Shown one piece after another: positions 37,671-47,398 of a stretch of 64,000 nucleotides of DNA. Origin of the DNA: a virus. Taxonomy: Duplodnaviria > Caudoviricetes. The translations under genes and the position numbers were made by a program. Below the pieces are notes generated by a model. The model was not told the DNA's origin. It did no database searches and worked only from the letters and a program-made list of their open reading frames with translations. The DNA lies in IMG/VR virus record IMGVR_UViG_3300031555_003522, positions 1 through 64,000 of that record, one strand, 5' to 3'. Position 1 is the stretch's first letter. Each line of letters starts with the position of its first letter.

Positions 37671-40226
37671 TTAAATCCTTCTAATAAAACCCTTTAAAAG
37701 TTTAGCAACTGTTTCTACTGTAGTCGCTCTCAGTTTAATAGTTGCACTACTGAAAGGGCTATTTTCAAAATACTCGCTAAAATTAAATTCGGGTTCTAGT
37801 TCTAAAAGCTTCTTCATATAATGCTTAAAGTCATTCATAATCTTAGACTTAGCTTTATATTCATTAGAAGCTATCTGATCTTCTACAGGCATGCTAATAA
37901 ACTTCTTAGAATGGACTCTATTTTCAATAATACAGAGAATCATCCAAAGTTTTGCTAGTTCATATTTCATACCTACAGTATTTTCATTTTTATAATATTC
38001 TTTAAGTAGATTATGAGACTTTCTGTATTCCTCATCATAATCGATAGACTTGATATTCTTCAAAAGCATATTTCCATCTTTATCGAATTGCACAGGAAAC
38101 TCTTTGGTCTCACAATATACTACAGCTTCTGTAGATATAAATACCATATTTTTAAGCACTTTATATTCTACAGAATTTTTATTTAATACAGATTCGAGAT
38201 AAGGCCTAAGCATATTAAGCTTGTCTATATCTCCAGCAGAACTAACCACTTCATGTATATATTCTCTAGGTGTATATCTTCTAATAGATTCTTTAATAGG
38301 CTTAGCTGTATCTACTAAAGAATTAATAGTCTTTTTAACCTGTTCTGAATCATACTTGGTAGCAAGTCCTTCGTAGATTGTAAATATGCTTCTATTGGCT
38401 TTCATAGCATCTTTAATATCATGAGGAGATACCAAAGAAGAATCTTTATGCGTAAGATCTATATTACACAGCTTAAGACATCTATCTACAAACTGAGAAC
38501 ATACCATATTCAAATCATTATTATATGGGATATTGAATAAGTAAGTAAATAGATTCTTATAAGAATATCTCGTCTGCGTAGCCTTAGATTCCAGATCTGC
38601 TACCATATTTACAATAGCATTATAATCATTAGGCTTTAGGAAGAAAGTATATACTCTAATCCTGCATCCTAAAGGAACCTTGTCTATATTCTCTTCAATA
38701 AAGCCTCCCTTTATTCCATTAGGAGACTGGTCTATGCCATAGCTATACATTTTCTTTAATGTATAATCGAAGGATATAGATATATGAGAATATATATCTT
38801 TAGTGACTGCCTTGATAGCCTTGGAAATGAGTCTCTTTCCTTCAGTGAGAATCACATATACAGGTTTAAGATTCTTAGAAGAAGCAGATTCAATAAGAGG
38901 AGCATTTCTCGTAGAAATCATACCTCTTAAATCTATAAATCTAGTATTAGAAGAATTTTCTTTTATATAATATTCCATTCTAGCTTTAGCCATAAGGCGC
39001 TCTTTATTTTCAAAAGGAATATCAGGATTCCAACAAAGCTCAAGTATAGATTGCTTTCTTGCAGCAATAGCATTATCATTTTCAGAGGATTCTAGCACTT
39101 TTAATCCAAATGTAAGCTCTCTAACTTTCTGAATCCATGCTGGCATATAAGTAGAGAATTCTGTATAAAATCCATCAATATGAGCTTTATACATTTCAAA
39201 CCACTCTGCAACAGAAATTTCATCTGTTAGCATTTTATTATCTGCAAGAACTCCATAGAAATTATTACTAGGAATATCAGCAAATACTCCAGAATCTATA
39301 GCTTCATCAGGAGTTATAGCCGGCATATCACCATGAACAATATCTGCACTAGGTATATTGGATACTATTCCATCATAAGTATCTAACACATCCGATATTA
39401 CATTGTCTGTAATCATATTCTCATATATACCTTTATCAACAAGGCATATAGATAGTAGCTTATTAGCAATAGATATACCAGGAGAATTCTTGCAAGATTC
39501 CTTAAGATAATCTCTAGTAAGCTCTATAGAATCTCCAACAATATTGCCACTCTCGATCACACTATACATATCAACATCATTAGATCTGATATCCTGACGT
39601 AAAAATTGGGATTTCAAATACTCATAATGTTTTAAATTTGTGACGCCAAATACTTCTAGACTCATCCAGTCAGATTCTCTACGATGCTTTTTAATCATAC
39701 CATTATAAGCATCCCAAAGAGATTCTAACTCTTCAAGATTTCTAGTAGGGGTTATGATTATACGAGAACTCTCTTCTCCCCACTTAATAGCTTTCTCAAC
39801 ATCTGAGCTTGTATAATTAAGTGTATTTGAGTCATAGTAAGAACCGGTATAGTCTAAATCGATAGCGCCCTCACTAAGAGAAAAGCCCCCATCTGTGACT
39901 AGGTATTCACCATCTTCTATCTCATTATCTATATCTCTTTTAAGTAGATTAGACTTAATCATCTCATAATGATCTTGATTTGTAATTCCGAAGAGCTCTA
40001 TACTCTTCCAGTCAGATTCTCTACGATGCTTCTTAATCATACTATTAAATTTAATCCACTGATCTTCTAGATCTTGAAGATCTTCCGTAGGAATAATAAT
40101 AGTACGCATAGCATCATTAGACCAATTAATAGCATCACTAATACTAGATGCATTTATTTTATTCAAGTTCTTAGATCCACTTATATAGCTGGATACCATG
40201 AATTCTTTGTCTAGCATATTAGGCAT
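37671..40226 (-). CDS. virion protein with tandem N-terminal repeat and permuted papain-like (NlpC/P60, YaeF/YiiX-type) domain
   Basis: Repeat MIKKHRRESDW x2; YSHISISFD...MVCSQFV (His before Cys); many xxES sites; start uncertain (40217-40238). Confidence 0.6.
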   Translation of the reverse strand: MPNMLDKEFMVSSYISGSKNLNKINASSISDAINWSNDAMRTIIIPTEDLQDLEDQWIKFNSMIKKHRRESDWKSIELFGITNQDHYEMIKSNLLKRDIDNEIEDGEYLVTDGGFSLSEGAIDLDYTGSYYDSNTLNYTSSDVEKAIKWGEESSRIIITPTRNLEELESLWDAYNGMIKKHRRESDWMSLEVFGVTNLKHYEYLKSQFLRQDIRSNDVDMYSVIESGNIVGDSIELTRDYLKESCKNSPGISIANKLLSICLVDKGIYENMITDNVISDVLDTYDGIVSNIPSADIVHGDMPAITPDEAIDSGVFADIPSNNFYGVLADNKMLTDEISVAEWFEMYKAHIDGFYTEFSTYMPAWIQKVRELTFGLKVLESSENDNAIAARKQSILELCWNPDIPFENKERLMAKARMEYYIKENSSNTRFIDLRGMISTRNAPLIESASSKNLKPVYVILTEGKRLISKAIKAVTKDIYSHISISFDYTLKKMYSYGIDQSPNGIKGGFIEENIDKVPLGCRIRVYTFFLKPNDYNAIVNMVADLESKATQTRYSYKNLFTYLFNIPYNNDLNMVCSQFVDRCLKLCNIDLTHKDSSLVSPHDIKDAMKANRSIFTIYEGLATKYDSEQVKKTINSLVDTAKPIKESIRRYTPREYIHEVVSSAGDIDKLNMLRPYLESVLNKNSVEYKVLKNMVFISTEAVVYCETKEFPVQFDKDGNMLLKNIKSIDYDEEYRKSHNLLKEYYKNENTVGMKYELAKLWMILCIIENRVHSKKFISMPVEDQIASNEYKAKSKIMNDFKHYMKKLLELEPEFNFSEYFENSPFSSATIKLRATTVETVAKLLKGFIRRI

Positions 40227-41667
40227 TACTATCACCATCCTGTATAGGTGTTTTGAATCGAGAATTAAATACATTATTCATAAGAGAAACTACATCGGAT
40301 CTCTCTAAATCTTCTAGTGTTGGAAAATATTCACTAGCCATAGAAAAATCATTAGGAGTAGAAGCATAAAATCCATTAGGAGTATGATGGATAGAAACAA
40401 CACCGATACGTTTAACCACGTTATATTCGGATATATCTCTTCCTGTTACAATCTCCTTAGATTGCATAACTACACCATTTTCAATTAATTTATTTATTTG
40501 CTTTTCTTTTTTATCATCATAAAGCTTAAAGTATTCATTCATTAAGATTTGCTCGAAGCAACGAAGAGGACGACCAATAATCATTTCAACAAAATGTAAA
40601 CGATTAACGCAGCGGCCAGTACCTATTTCATTCTTAATAGCCTTTATTTTTTCCATAGTATCAGCTTCATTATAGATAAGTGCTATATCAGGAACTGTAT
40701 ATTTTTTCTCAAAGTCTTCTCGACTCATGGTAACTGATTTATAGTCTTCATCTACAATAGCAATATCATCGCTTTCAGAATCTCCATAAGCGAATCCATC
40801 AAAAACATTATTCATACCATATGGAATAATATAAGCTTCTGGAGGGCGATGGGGAGGAAGCCCACCAACCTCTTCATTTATTCTGATTCTCATATTACGA
40901 GAATCATCATCTTCTGTTAAAGCTCCCTCTTTCATATCGGCGAGAATTTCTAATAACTGAGAGAAGTCATTATTCGTCAAACGGATATAATTAAACGTAC
41001 CAAGAGATGTAACCATAGTTTCTTTTGCAACCTGTTTCTCTCTGTAAGACTGCATAGATCTATTATTAGGATTAGATCCACCGTCTTTAACTTCAATAAG
41101 CAAATTTGCAGGAATATAGTAGATATCAGTAATCCACTTATGAGTTTTTCCACCATATTCATACTCAAGAACAGGACCAGGAGATTGAATGTCTTTACCA
41201 GGAATATCTAGCACTTTATCCATAAACTCTAAAGCATTTTTCTCATAAGTACCAGTGTATGTATGCTTTATTCCATCTTTGAATGTATATGTACCAGAAA
41301 TTTTTCTATTGGCTAGCATCTTCTCTTGCTGTTCAGGGTCATCTAATAGATGAGGTTTATTATATACCTTCATATGCCTTTCTAAGGCAATTTCTCTAAC
41401 TTTAGCTTTGCATGCAGGATTCTTACAAAGATTATAATACCTATTAATCTTTGTATTCCATTCATATACAGGAGATTTACAAATCATACAAGTACCATGA
41501 TCTGTATGATTTATAAAATCATATACAGCTCTAGCTGCAGTGTATCCTTGCGGGATAAGATCTTCATGTTTTTTATCTACATGATTTATTACATCAGATC
41601 TAATTCCCTTATAATCACAATAAGGACATTTATACTTCTTGGAAGTCTTATAATTTGGTGTGCTCAT
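40219..41667 (-). CDS. Zn-finger + TnsA-like PD-(D/E)xK endonuclease (head-completion-nuclease-like)
   Basis: CPYC..H..KH C2H2, CMIC..C..C, YE..TDIY..LLIEVKDGG; late promoter 41696-41707 (-). Confidence 0.65.
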   Translation of the reverse strand: MSTPNYKTSKKYKCPYCDYKGIRSDVINHVDKKHEDLIPQGYTAARAVYDFINHTDHGTCMICKSPVYEWNTKINRYYNLCKNPACKAKVREIALERHMKVYNKPHLLDDPEQQEKMLANRKISGTYTFKDGIKHTYTGTYEKNALEFMDKVLDIPGKDIQSPGPVLEYEYGGKTHKWITDIYYIPANLLIEVKDGGSNPNNRSMQSYREKQVAKETMVTSLGTFNYIRLTNNDFSQLLEILADMKEGALTEDDDSRNMRIRINEEVGGLPPHRPPEAYIIPYGMNNVFDGFAYGDSESDDIAIVDEDYKSVTMSREDFEKKYTVPDIALIYNEADTMEKIKAIKNEIGTGRCVNRLHFVEMIIGRPLRCFEQILMNEYFKLYDDKKEKQINKLIENGVVMQSKEIVTGRDISEYNVVKRIGVVSIHHTPNGFYASTPNDFSMASEYFPTLEDLERSDVVSLMNNVFNSRFKTPIQDGDSNA

Positions 41668-41719
41668 ACCTTAATAGATCCTCCCTAAATATTATTACAA
41701 CTATGTTGAGGGTGTTTGA

Positions 41720-41888
41720 AACAAAGACAAGACAGCTGTATTTCTACAGCTGTCTTGTATCTACAACAAAGAAAAAGGAGGTGTACATGAAAATGAACGA
41801 AAAGAAATATATTTTTTAGGAGGTATCAAAATGAAAAACAACAATCCCGCGAACCGGACTACCCATTACGGCAATTTGAGTAACCCTT
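41720..41888 (-). ncRNA. predicted late sRNA with two anti-SD/anti-AUG segments
   Basis: Minus-strand AACA-TATATG-TA (41888-41899), 5' hairpin, U-rich single-stranded core, 14-bp terminator hairpin 41727-41758. Confidence 0.55.
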
Positions 41889-41978
41889 ACATATATGTTA
41901 CTGAAAAGCCAGGTTTTTGGGAGTATTTTTTAACTACTACAACAGATTAATAAAATTCTACTACAGGAGGATGGTATA

Positions 41979-42359
41979 TTGGCTATTACCGAATTTGGGT
42001 TTTCTGTAGATGATTTCAAAAATCCGAAAATTTATAAAAATGCAGAAGCTGTTTCTACTCTATTGGTAAGATTATTGCTTTTAGAGCCAGGAACTATTCA
42101 ATCACATCCCGATATGGGAGTTGGACTCATATCTAAATATAGATATTCTGTAGAAGGGGCAGGAGTTCAACTACAAGGAGAGTATCAGCGGCAAGTTGAG
42201 AAATATTTACCACAATTTCAAGGCGCACAAATAACTGTTACAGAAAAAAATAAACAATTCCAAATTTCTGTACAGATAGATGATACTTTATATGGAATTT
42301 ATTATGATACAAATACAACAGTCGTTCAGAGTGGTTATACCAAACTGATTGATCTATAA
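41979..42359 (+). CDS. gp25-like baseplate wedge/sheath-initiator protein
   Basis: LLLLEPGT..HPDMGVGL motif, 126 aa; late promoter 41941-41952. Confidence 0.6.
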   Translation: MAITEFGFSVDDFKNPKIYKNAEAVSTLLVRLLLLEPGTIQSHPDMGVGLISKYRYSVEGAGVQLQGEYQRQVEKYLPQFQGAQITVTEKNKQFQISVQIDDTLYGIYYDTNTTVVQSGYTKLIDL

Positions 42360-42377
42360 TTAAAGGAGGAAACAAAA

Positions 42378-44201
42378 ATGATTGATGAAAGAATTACTTT
42401 AGAAGAAATGATGTCTAAAGCACCTCGCACGGGTTCTGGTGTGAGTTTTGATCTCACCGCAAAAAATCCTAATAATGTTGCAAAGACTCAGCAAGCTACC
42501 ACAGCAAATCCCGATCAGGAAGATTCTGCAAAGCAGTATAGAGCTACAGCTATTAACCACGGTCCTGTAGATTTTTCTAATGCTCAGGCTGTTGATATTC
42601 ATCAGATACTCCCTAGCAGACCCGCTAGTGTGTCGACAGAAAATAATCCTATTATGGCTGATTTGGATGCTGCCGTTGATAGAGAAATAAATAGAATTTC
42701 TCAGTTTCATGAAGAACTTGCTTCTAAGCAGGAAGAGGAACGTCAGGAAGCTGAAGATGCTGAGAATGTAAATACTAATATGGGAATTGCTCCCAGTATC
42801 GATGAAGATGATGATCTTGGTTTATATGATGATGAAAATATTGATGTAGTAGATGATCATCACTTTAAAATGAATCATATCAATCATAATATGGTAGAAG
42901 ATTCGGCATCTTCTGCACATGCTGATCCCAATTCAACAACTGTACCTTATAATCCTTTAACAGAAAAAACTGGTGATGAATTTATGAGAAATGATGCAAA
43001 TATTGCAGCATCTACTCGTGTTGGAATGATTAAGGATCTGCCCTTTATTGATGAGCCTACCAAGGAAGAAGCTGCAACTACCGTTGTTGAGCCCTCATTT
43101 AGAATTCTTGATCATACTTCCAATGAAGAATTATTCGAAGAGGAAACAGAAAATTCTGATTCTGCTACCATAGATGGTGATAAGATCATTGAAGATCTGA
43201 AGGCTGAGGTTAAGCAGAGAATTACTCCTATTCGTAATAAGATCGATCTGACTGCATTTACAATTGCAAAGAAGTCCGAGTCTGCTCAGAAGGTTATGCG
43301 CCTTGCAGTTCAGACACACAGAAATGTGGCAGACTGGGTTATGTTTACCGCAGAGCGTCCTGTTTCTGTTACAGGCCTGTCTGGTCCTGAAATTCTTAAA
43401 CTGAATCCCGAAAATTCTAATCGTAATAGATTGAATACTTTCCGTGATATGTATCGCGTTATCTATGACCACTTATATGATGCTAATAAACCAGAGTTCG
43501 AGACATGGTTGAAGCAGGTTAGATTTATCGACCTTCAGCATATCTATTTTGCTCTCTATATGGCTACATTTGGTGGTTCTAACTTCCTGAGCTTTAGCTG
43601 CCCCAACAATAAATGTAACAAGGTATTCATTAAGGATATTGAATTCAAAGATATGGTTAAGTATGCTGATGATGCTGCAAAGAAGAAGGTTCAGGATATT
43701 CTGAAGTTGGATACCACTTCTCCCAGCAAAGATACTTACCCTGTCGATCTAGTTCAGATCTCTGATTCTTATGTATTTGGTCTGCGTGCTCCTTCTGTAT
43801 GGAACGTTATCATCGAGACTGCTAGCCTGTCTGATAGCTTCCTTGAGAAGCATGGTGATCTTGTTGATGTTGTTGCATATATTGATAGTATCTACTACAT
43901 TGACAATGTTAACCAGACTCTAGTTCCTGTAGATACTAAGCCAGATCACAATGATCAGGCCAAGACATCTGCTAGACGTATTAAAGTATTCTATGACATT
44001 ATCCAGCAGTTGACATCTGAAGAGTATTTCAACCTGGGTGCAGCTATTAAGGAATATGATAAGCCGGGTGAGCAGGTTACTTATATGATTCCTGCTTGTA
44101 CCTGTCCCGATTGTGCTACTGAGATTCCCGCTGAAGAAAATATTACTCCTGATAGAATGCTTTTTACACGGCATCAGTTAGCAGCTATCGGCAATATGTA
44201 G
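42378..44201 (+). CDS. baseplate-hub/tail assembly chaperone (T4 gp26-like), Zn-binding
   Basis: Acidic disordered N-term; CPNNKC and CPDC pairs; follows the gp25-like gene. Confidence 0.5.
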   Translation: MIDERITLEEMMSKAPRTGSGVSFDLTAKNPNNVAKTQQATTANPDQEDSAKQYRATAINHGPVDFSNAQAVDIHQILPSRPASVSTENNPIMADLDAAVDREINRISQFHEELASKQEEERQEAEDAENVNTNMGIAPSIDEDDDLGLYDDENIDVVDDHHFKMNHINHNMVEDSASSAHADPNSTTVPYNPLTEKTGDEFMRNDANIAASTRVGMIKDLPFIDEPTKEEAATTVVEPSFRILDHTSNEELFEEETENSDSATIDGDKIIEDLKAEVKQRITPIRNKIDLTAFTIAKKSESAQKVMRLAVQTHRNVADWVMFTAERPVSVTGLSGPEILKLNPENSNRNRLNTFRDMYRVIYDHLYDANKPEFETWLKQVRFIDLQHIYFALYMATFGGSNFLSFSCPNNKCNKVFIKDIEFKDMVKYADDAAKKKVQDILKLDTTSPSKDTYPVDLVQISDSYVFGLRAPSVWNVIIETASLSDSFLEKHGDLVDVVAYIDSIYYIDNVNQTLVPVDTKPDHNDQAKTSARRIKVFYDIIQQLTSEEYFNLGAAIKEYDKPGEQVTYMIPACTCPDCATEIPAEENITPDRMLFTRHQLAAIGNM

Positions 44202-44524
44202 AATTTGTAGAATCGATAGCGTCTTTTTTAAAAGGACGTGTATCTATACAAGATCTTATGGACCGCCCTTTCAACGAGCTTCATGAACTCTATCGCATAG
44301 TGTATCTTCGTGCCGAAGCTCAAGCTAAGGCAGAGAAAGAACGACAAGAGAAAGAAGAAAAAGAAAAAGCAAATGGAAAGGGCGGTCCTAAGTATCCTCA
44401 AATAAACCGACAACCGCCAACTGATGTAAACAATCAACCTAACCAAAACCAAACTATATCCCCCTTAGCGGCTGAAGCTATGGAAGAAGCTTTTGAAGAT
44501 TTCGCGGAAGGAGGAATATTCTAA
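44156..44524 (+). CDS. C-terminal extension of the chaperone, probably reached by -1 frameshift (or separate ORF from 44258)
   Basis: -1 frame open from 44156; CTTTTTA at 44160-44166; no good RBS for ATG 44258. Confidence 0.45.
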   Translation, partial: NAFYTASVSSYRQYVEFVESIASFLKGRVSIQDLMDRPFNELHELYRIVYLRAEAQAKAEKERQEKEEKEKANGKGGPKYPQINRQPPTDVNNQPNQNQTISPLAAEAMEEAFEDFAEGGIF

Positions 44525-44528
44525 TACT

Positions 44529-44831
44529 ATGGGAACCACTAAAGACTTTGTCCATAATCTAAATTCAGATAATATCCCCTACATAGTAACTAATTATTTT
44601 GATGAAATAATGGTTTTATACAACCTGGTTGGCAGTAGGCAGGATATTGAAATCTGTACAGATAGTTCAAATGATACTGTAAAATTTATACTTTTGATGG
44701 ATTGTGAAGAAAGTGCAACAGAGCTATATAATAGCTTAAACAATATGGAGTTCTCTGTATACAGTGACCGTTTCATTATTGGTATGACTCTTTCCGGATC
44801 TTCCATTACTACAGTAATTACAAAGATATAA
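44529..44831 (+). CDS. hypothetical protein
   Basis: AGGAGG RBS, ATG 44529. Confidence 0.65.
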   Translation: MGTTKDFVHNLNSDNIPYIVTNYFDEIMVLYNLVGSRQDIEICTDSSNDTVKFILLMDCEESATELYNSLNNMEFSVYSDRFIIGMTLSGSSITTVITKI

Positions 44832-44832
44832 T

Positions 44833-44864
44833 AAAAAGGTAGGAATTTAATTCCTACCTTTTTA
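44833..44864 (+). terminator. intrinsic terminator
   Basis: AAAAAGGTAGGAA / TTCCTACCTTTTT. Confidence 0.8.
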
Positions 44865-44888
44865 TTATTAATTAATAAACATATATTT

Positions 44889-45188
44889 GAAGGTATTATA
44901 TTTCAATTGGAAATATCTATATCTTCAAAATAAACGCCTCATCTATAAAGGTAGGTGATTGAGGCGATAAATACGAGCAAATCCTACCAGGTTGATTATA
45001 AGTCATTATGGGGACTAGTGACATCAACCAGTTACCTGCGCAGGTACTAATAGTTCCCAAAAGTGACGTAGCAATTAGTAGTTGTAGAGGTGATTGACTG
45101 TATTCCTCGTAATCGCTACTATGGGATGTCGAAAAGTCAATAAAGAAGTAGATGGAGAGTGTACAACACTCTCCACTATTTTTTTTTT
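44889..45188 (+). ncRNA. predicted structured ncRNA: 5' hairpin plus three tandem pseudoknots
   Basis: AACA-TATATT-TG promoter 44878-44889; many complementary segments; GGAGAGTGT/ACACTCTCC terminator with long T run; no RBS-led ORF. Confidence 0.65.
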
Positions 45189-45244
45189 GTTTTTCCTTTT
45201 ATTGTCCACTTAATTCACATATTAATAAAAGAGGTGATGCTTAT

Positions 45245-46918
45245 ATGCCAGATTTAATAAGGGGTGATCACCTTAGAGTGAGTCTTATAGACCCCGAAAG
45301 ACTGGTAAAAGTCAATGATCTCAAAGAGATTACCAATCCCATTTCATTCGTTCGAAATTCAGTTCCTACCTCTGATGGATTATTATCTAATGAAATATTT
45401 GGAATTACCAAATATGATCGCGCTAATACATTTGCATACATCGATCTTCATGAGGAGTTTTTAAACCCTCTAATTTATAAGATGTGGTGCAAAGTTGATT
45501 CTAATGTTAAAGCATGCGTTCATGGTATAAAATATTTCAAGATAAATGATAAGGGTGAACTTGAAGAAGATCCGGAAAATGGTGATAATGGTATTAGGTT
45601 TCTTAGAGACAATATTAAGAAAATTAAGATTAAGCGTACTGGATCTAAACAAAGAGACATGCGTGTAGACTTTATAGAGAGCTATATCGGTAAGCCTGAA
45701 ATGTTTATTAAGAAATATATAGTATGCCCAGCATTCTATAGAGACGTTAATAACGATAAAGGCAAAGTATCTTTAGGAGCAATCAATGAATTGTATAGGT
45801 CTTTGTTGATCTCTGTTAGAGCTCTTAGAGAGTCCTCCGAATATGGTTTAAATCTAACTTCTGCTACTCGTGGTCGTATACAGGAAACTCTTGTTCAAAT
45901 ATACGACTGGTTTGGATCTGGTACTACTATAAATGGCGAGAAAACTAGCAATCTTATTCCTGGCAAATTTGGTATTATTAGACAGGGTGTTATGTCCAAA
46001 ACAACAGACTATGCTACTCGTCTAGTTCTATCGGCTCCAGAACTCAAGGTTGAACGGTTAGAGGATGTAGAAGCAGATCTCGATTATTCTGTACTTCCGT
46101 TAGCATCTGCTTGTGCAAACTTCCTTCCGTTCATAGTATATCATGTGAGAAGAATGTTTGAAAATGAGTTCTCTGGAGATGCGGTTATACCCTATATAAA
46201 TAAAGATAAGAGTATAACCTATTTACATCCGAAAGATTATCAAGTAGAATTTTCTGATGAAAGAATTAAGAAAGAAATAGATAGATTTTTGACAGGTTTC
46301 TCAAATAGATTTATTCCTTTAGAAGTTCCTACAGTAGAAGGTATTACTGTACGCTATAGATTTAAAGGATATAATATGACTGCTGAAGAGTATGCAAAAT
46401 CTGATATAGGTAAGATGCCTATAATGGAACGAGACTTAACTTGGTGTGATATACTCTATCAAGCAGCAGTAGAAGCTACAAAAGATAAACATATACTGAT
46501 TACCAGGTATCCTATAGACACTTATTTTAATCAGTTTCCAACCAAGATTAAAATAGCTTCTACCACAAGAACTGAACCTATGGTTGTAGGTAGTAAATTC
46601 TATAAAAATTATCCCTATATTCGTCAAGAAGATATTGGTACTAATACTTCTAATAAATTTATTGATACTTTGAATATTAGTAATCTATATCTAGATGGAA
46701 TAGGTGGAGATTATGATGGTGACCAGGTAACCGTAAAGGGAGCCTTTACAGAAGAGACAAATGCAGAGCTTGCTGAACAGCTTAAATCTAAAGCTCACTA
46801 CTTTAATCTTGGTGGTAAGGGTGTTAGAACTTCTGATAAAGAAGCTATTCAGAGCTTATATAGTTTGACATTGTGTCTAGATGCGGATAAAGAAAAAATC
46901 TCTGCACCTGTTTTCTAA
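45245..46918 (+). CDS. rpoC: phage RNA polymerase beta'-like N-terminal subunit with catalytic motif (virion-RNAP type)
   Basis: DGLLSNEIFG, PGKFGIIR, TRYP, GGDYDGD; start ATG 45245 after GAGGTG. Confidence 0.85.
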   Translation: MPDLIRGDHLRVSLIDPERLVKVNDLKEITNPISFVRNSVPTSDGLLSNEIFGITKYDRANTFAYIDLHEEFLNPLIYKMWCKVDSNVKACVHGIKYFKINDKGELEEDPENGDNGIRFLRDNIKKIKIKRTGSKQRDMRVDFIESYIGKPEMFIKKYIVCPAFYRDVNNDKGKVSLGAINELYRSLLISVRALRESSEYGLNLTSATRGRIQETLVQIYDWFGSGTTINGEKTSNLIPGKFGIIRQGVMSKTTDYATRLVLSAPELKVERLEDVEADLDYSVLPLASACANFLPFIVYHVRRMFENEFSGDAVIPYINKDKSITYLHPKDYQVEFSDERIKKEIDRFLTGFSNRFIPLEVPTVEGITVRYRFKGYNMTAEEYAKSDIGKMPIMERDLTWCDILYQAAVEATKDKHILITRYPIDTYFNQFPTKIKIASTTRTEPMVVGSKFYKNYPYIRQEDIGTNTSNKFIDTLNISNLYLDGIGGDYDGDQVTVKGAFTEETNAELAEQLKSKAHYFNLGGKGVRTSDKEAIQSLYSLTLCLDADKEKISAPVF

Positions 46919-47002
46919 AATTAATGCTACTAGAGGGATCCCTCTAGTAGCCTTTATTTTTTATTTAGATACATATTATAGATATGAAAATATTTAGAAA
47001 GG

Positions 47003-47392
47003 ATGTTATCTTTTATGAAAACTGTAAAAGACATAAATACTAAATCATTACATGAAGTCGAGTCAATAACTATATCTTCATGTTTTGGTACACTCGCTGA
47101 AGACTTTAAAAATATTCTTATACACAATGATGAAGAGTCTACGCCTGATTGTGACTGTGAAGATCTACCAGAGCAGGTAGAAGATCTTATCAACTTTCTA
47201 GAATGCTTTGAATCTACTAATCCAAAGGTATTAGTTAGAACTATTCTAGGTATTGTATTATTTAAAGGAAGGGTAAAAGATTTCGATGTTGATCATCTAA
47301 AAGATTATCCAATTCCTTTAAACTATGAAGCTCATTCTATGGATGTAAAAGGTGATTATTTAATTATCAATATGAAAAAGATAAAGGAGTAA
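47003..47392 (+). CDS. hypothetical early protein
   Basis: CATATTAT at 46972; AAGGA RBS (start probably 47015). Confidence 0.6.
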   Translation: MLSFMKTVKDINTKSLHEVESITISSCFGTLAEDFKNILIHNDEESTPDCDCEDLPEQVEDLINFLECFESTNPKVLVRTILGIVLFKGRVKDFDVDHLKDYPIPLNYEAHSMDVKGDYLIINMKKIKE

Positions 47393-47398
47393 TTTATT

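Noticed and set aside
41787-41950. Two plus-strand micro-ORFs (10 and 39 aa) or a type I toxin
   Set aside because: No plus-strand promoter motif and the peptides are not hydrophobic; promoter and terminator favour a minus-strand RNA. Not fully excluded
44889-45188. tmRNA, RNase P RNA or hammerhead ribozyme
   Set aside because: No acceptor stem, T-arm or CCA, no recognisable tag frame, no RNase P P4 motif, no CUGANGA/GAAA core
45152-45244. N-terminal 31 codons of the beta'-like ORF
   Set aside because: They span a terminator and poly-T; the RBS supports ATG 45245
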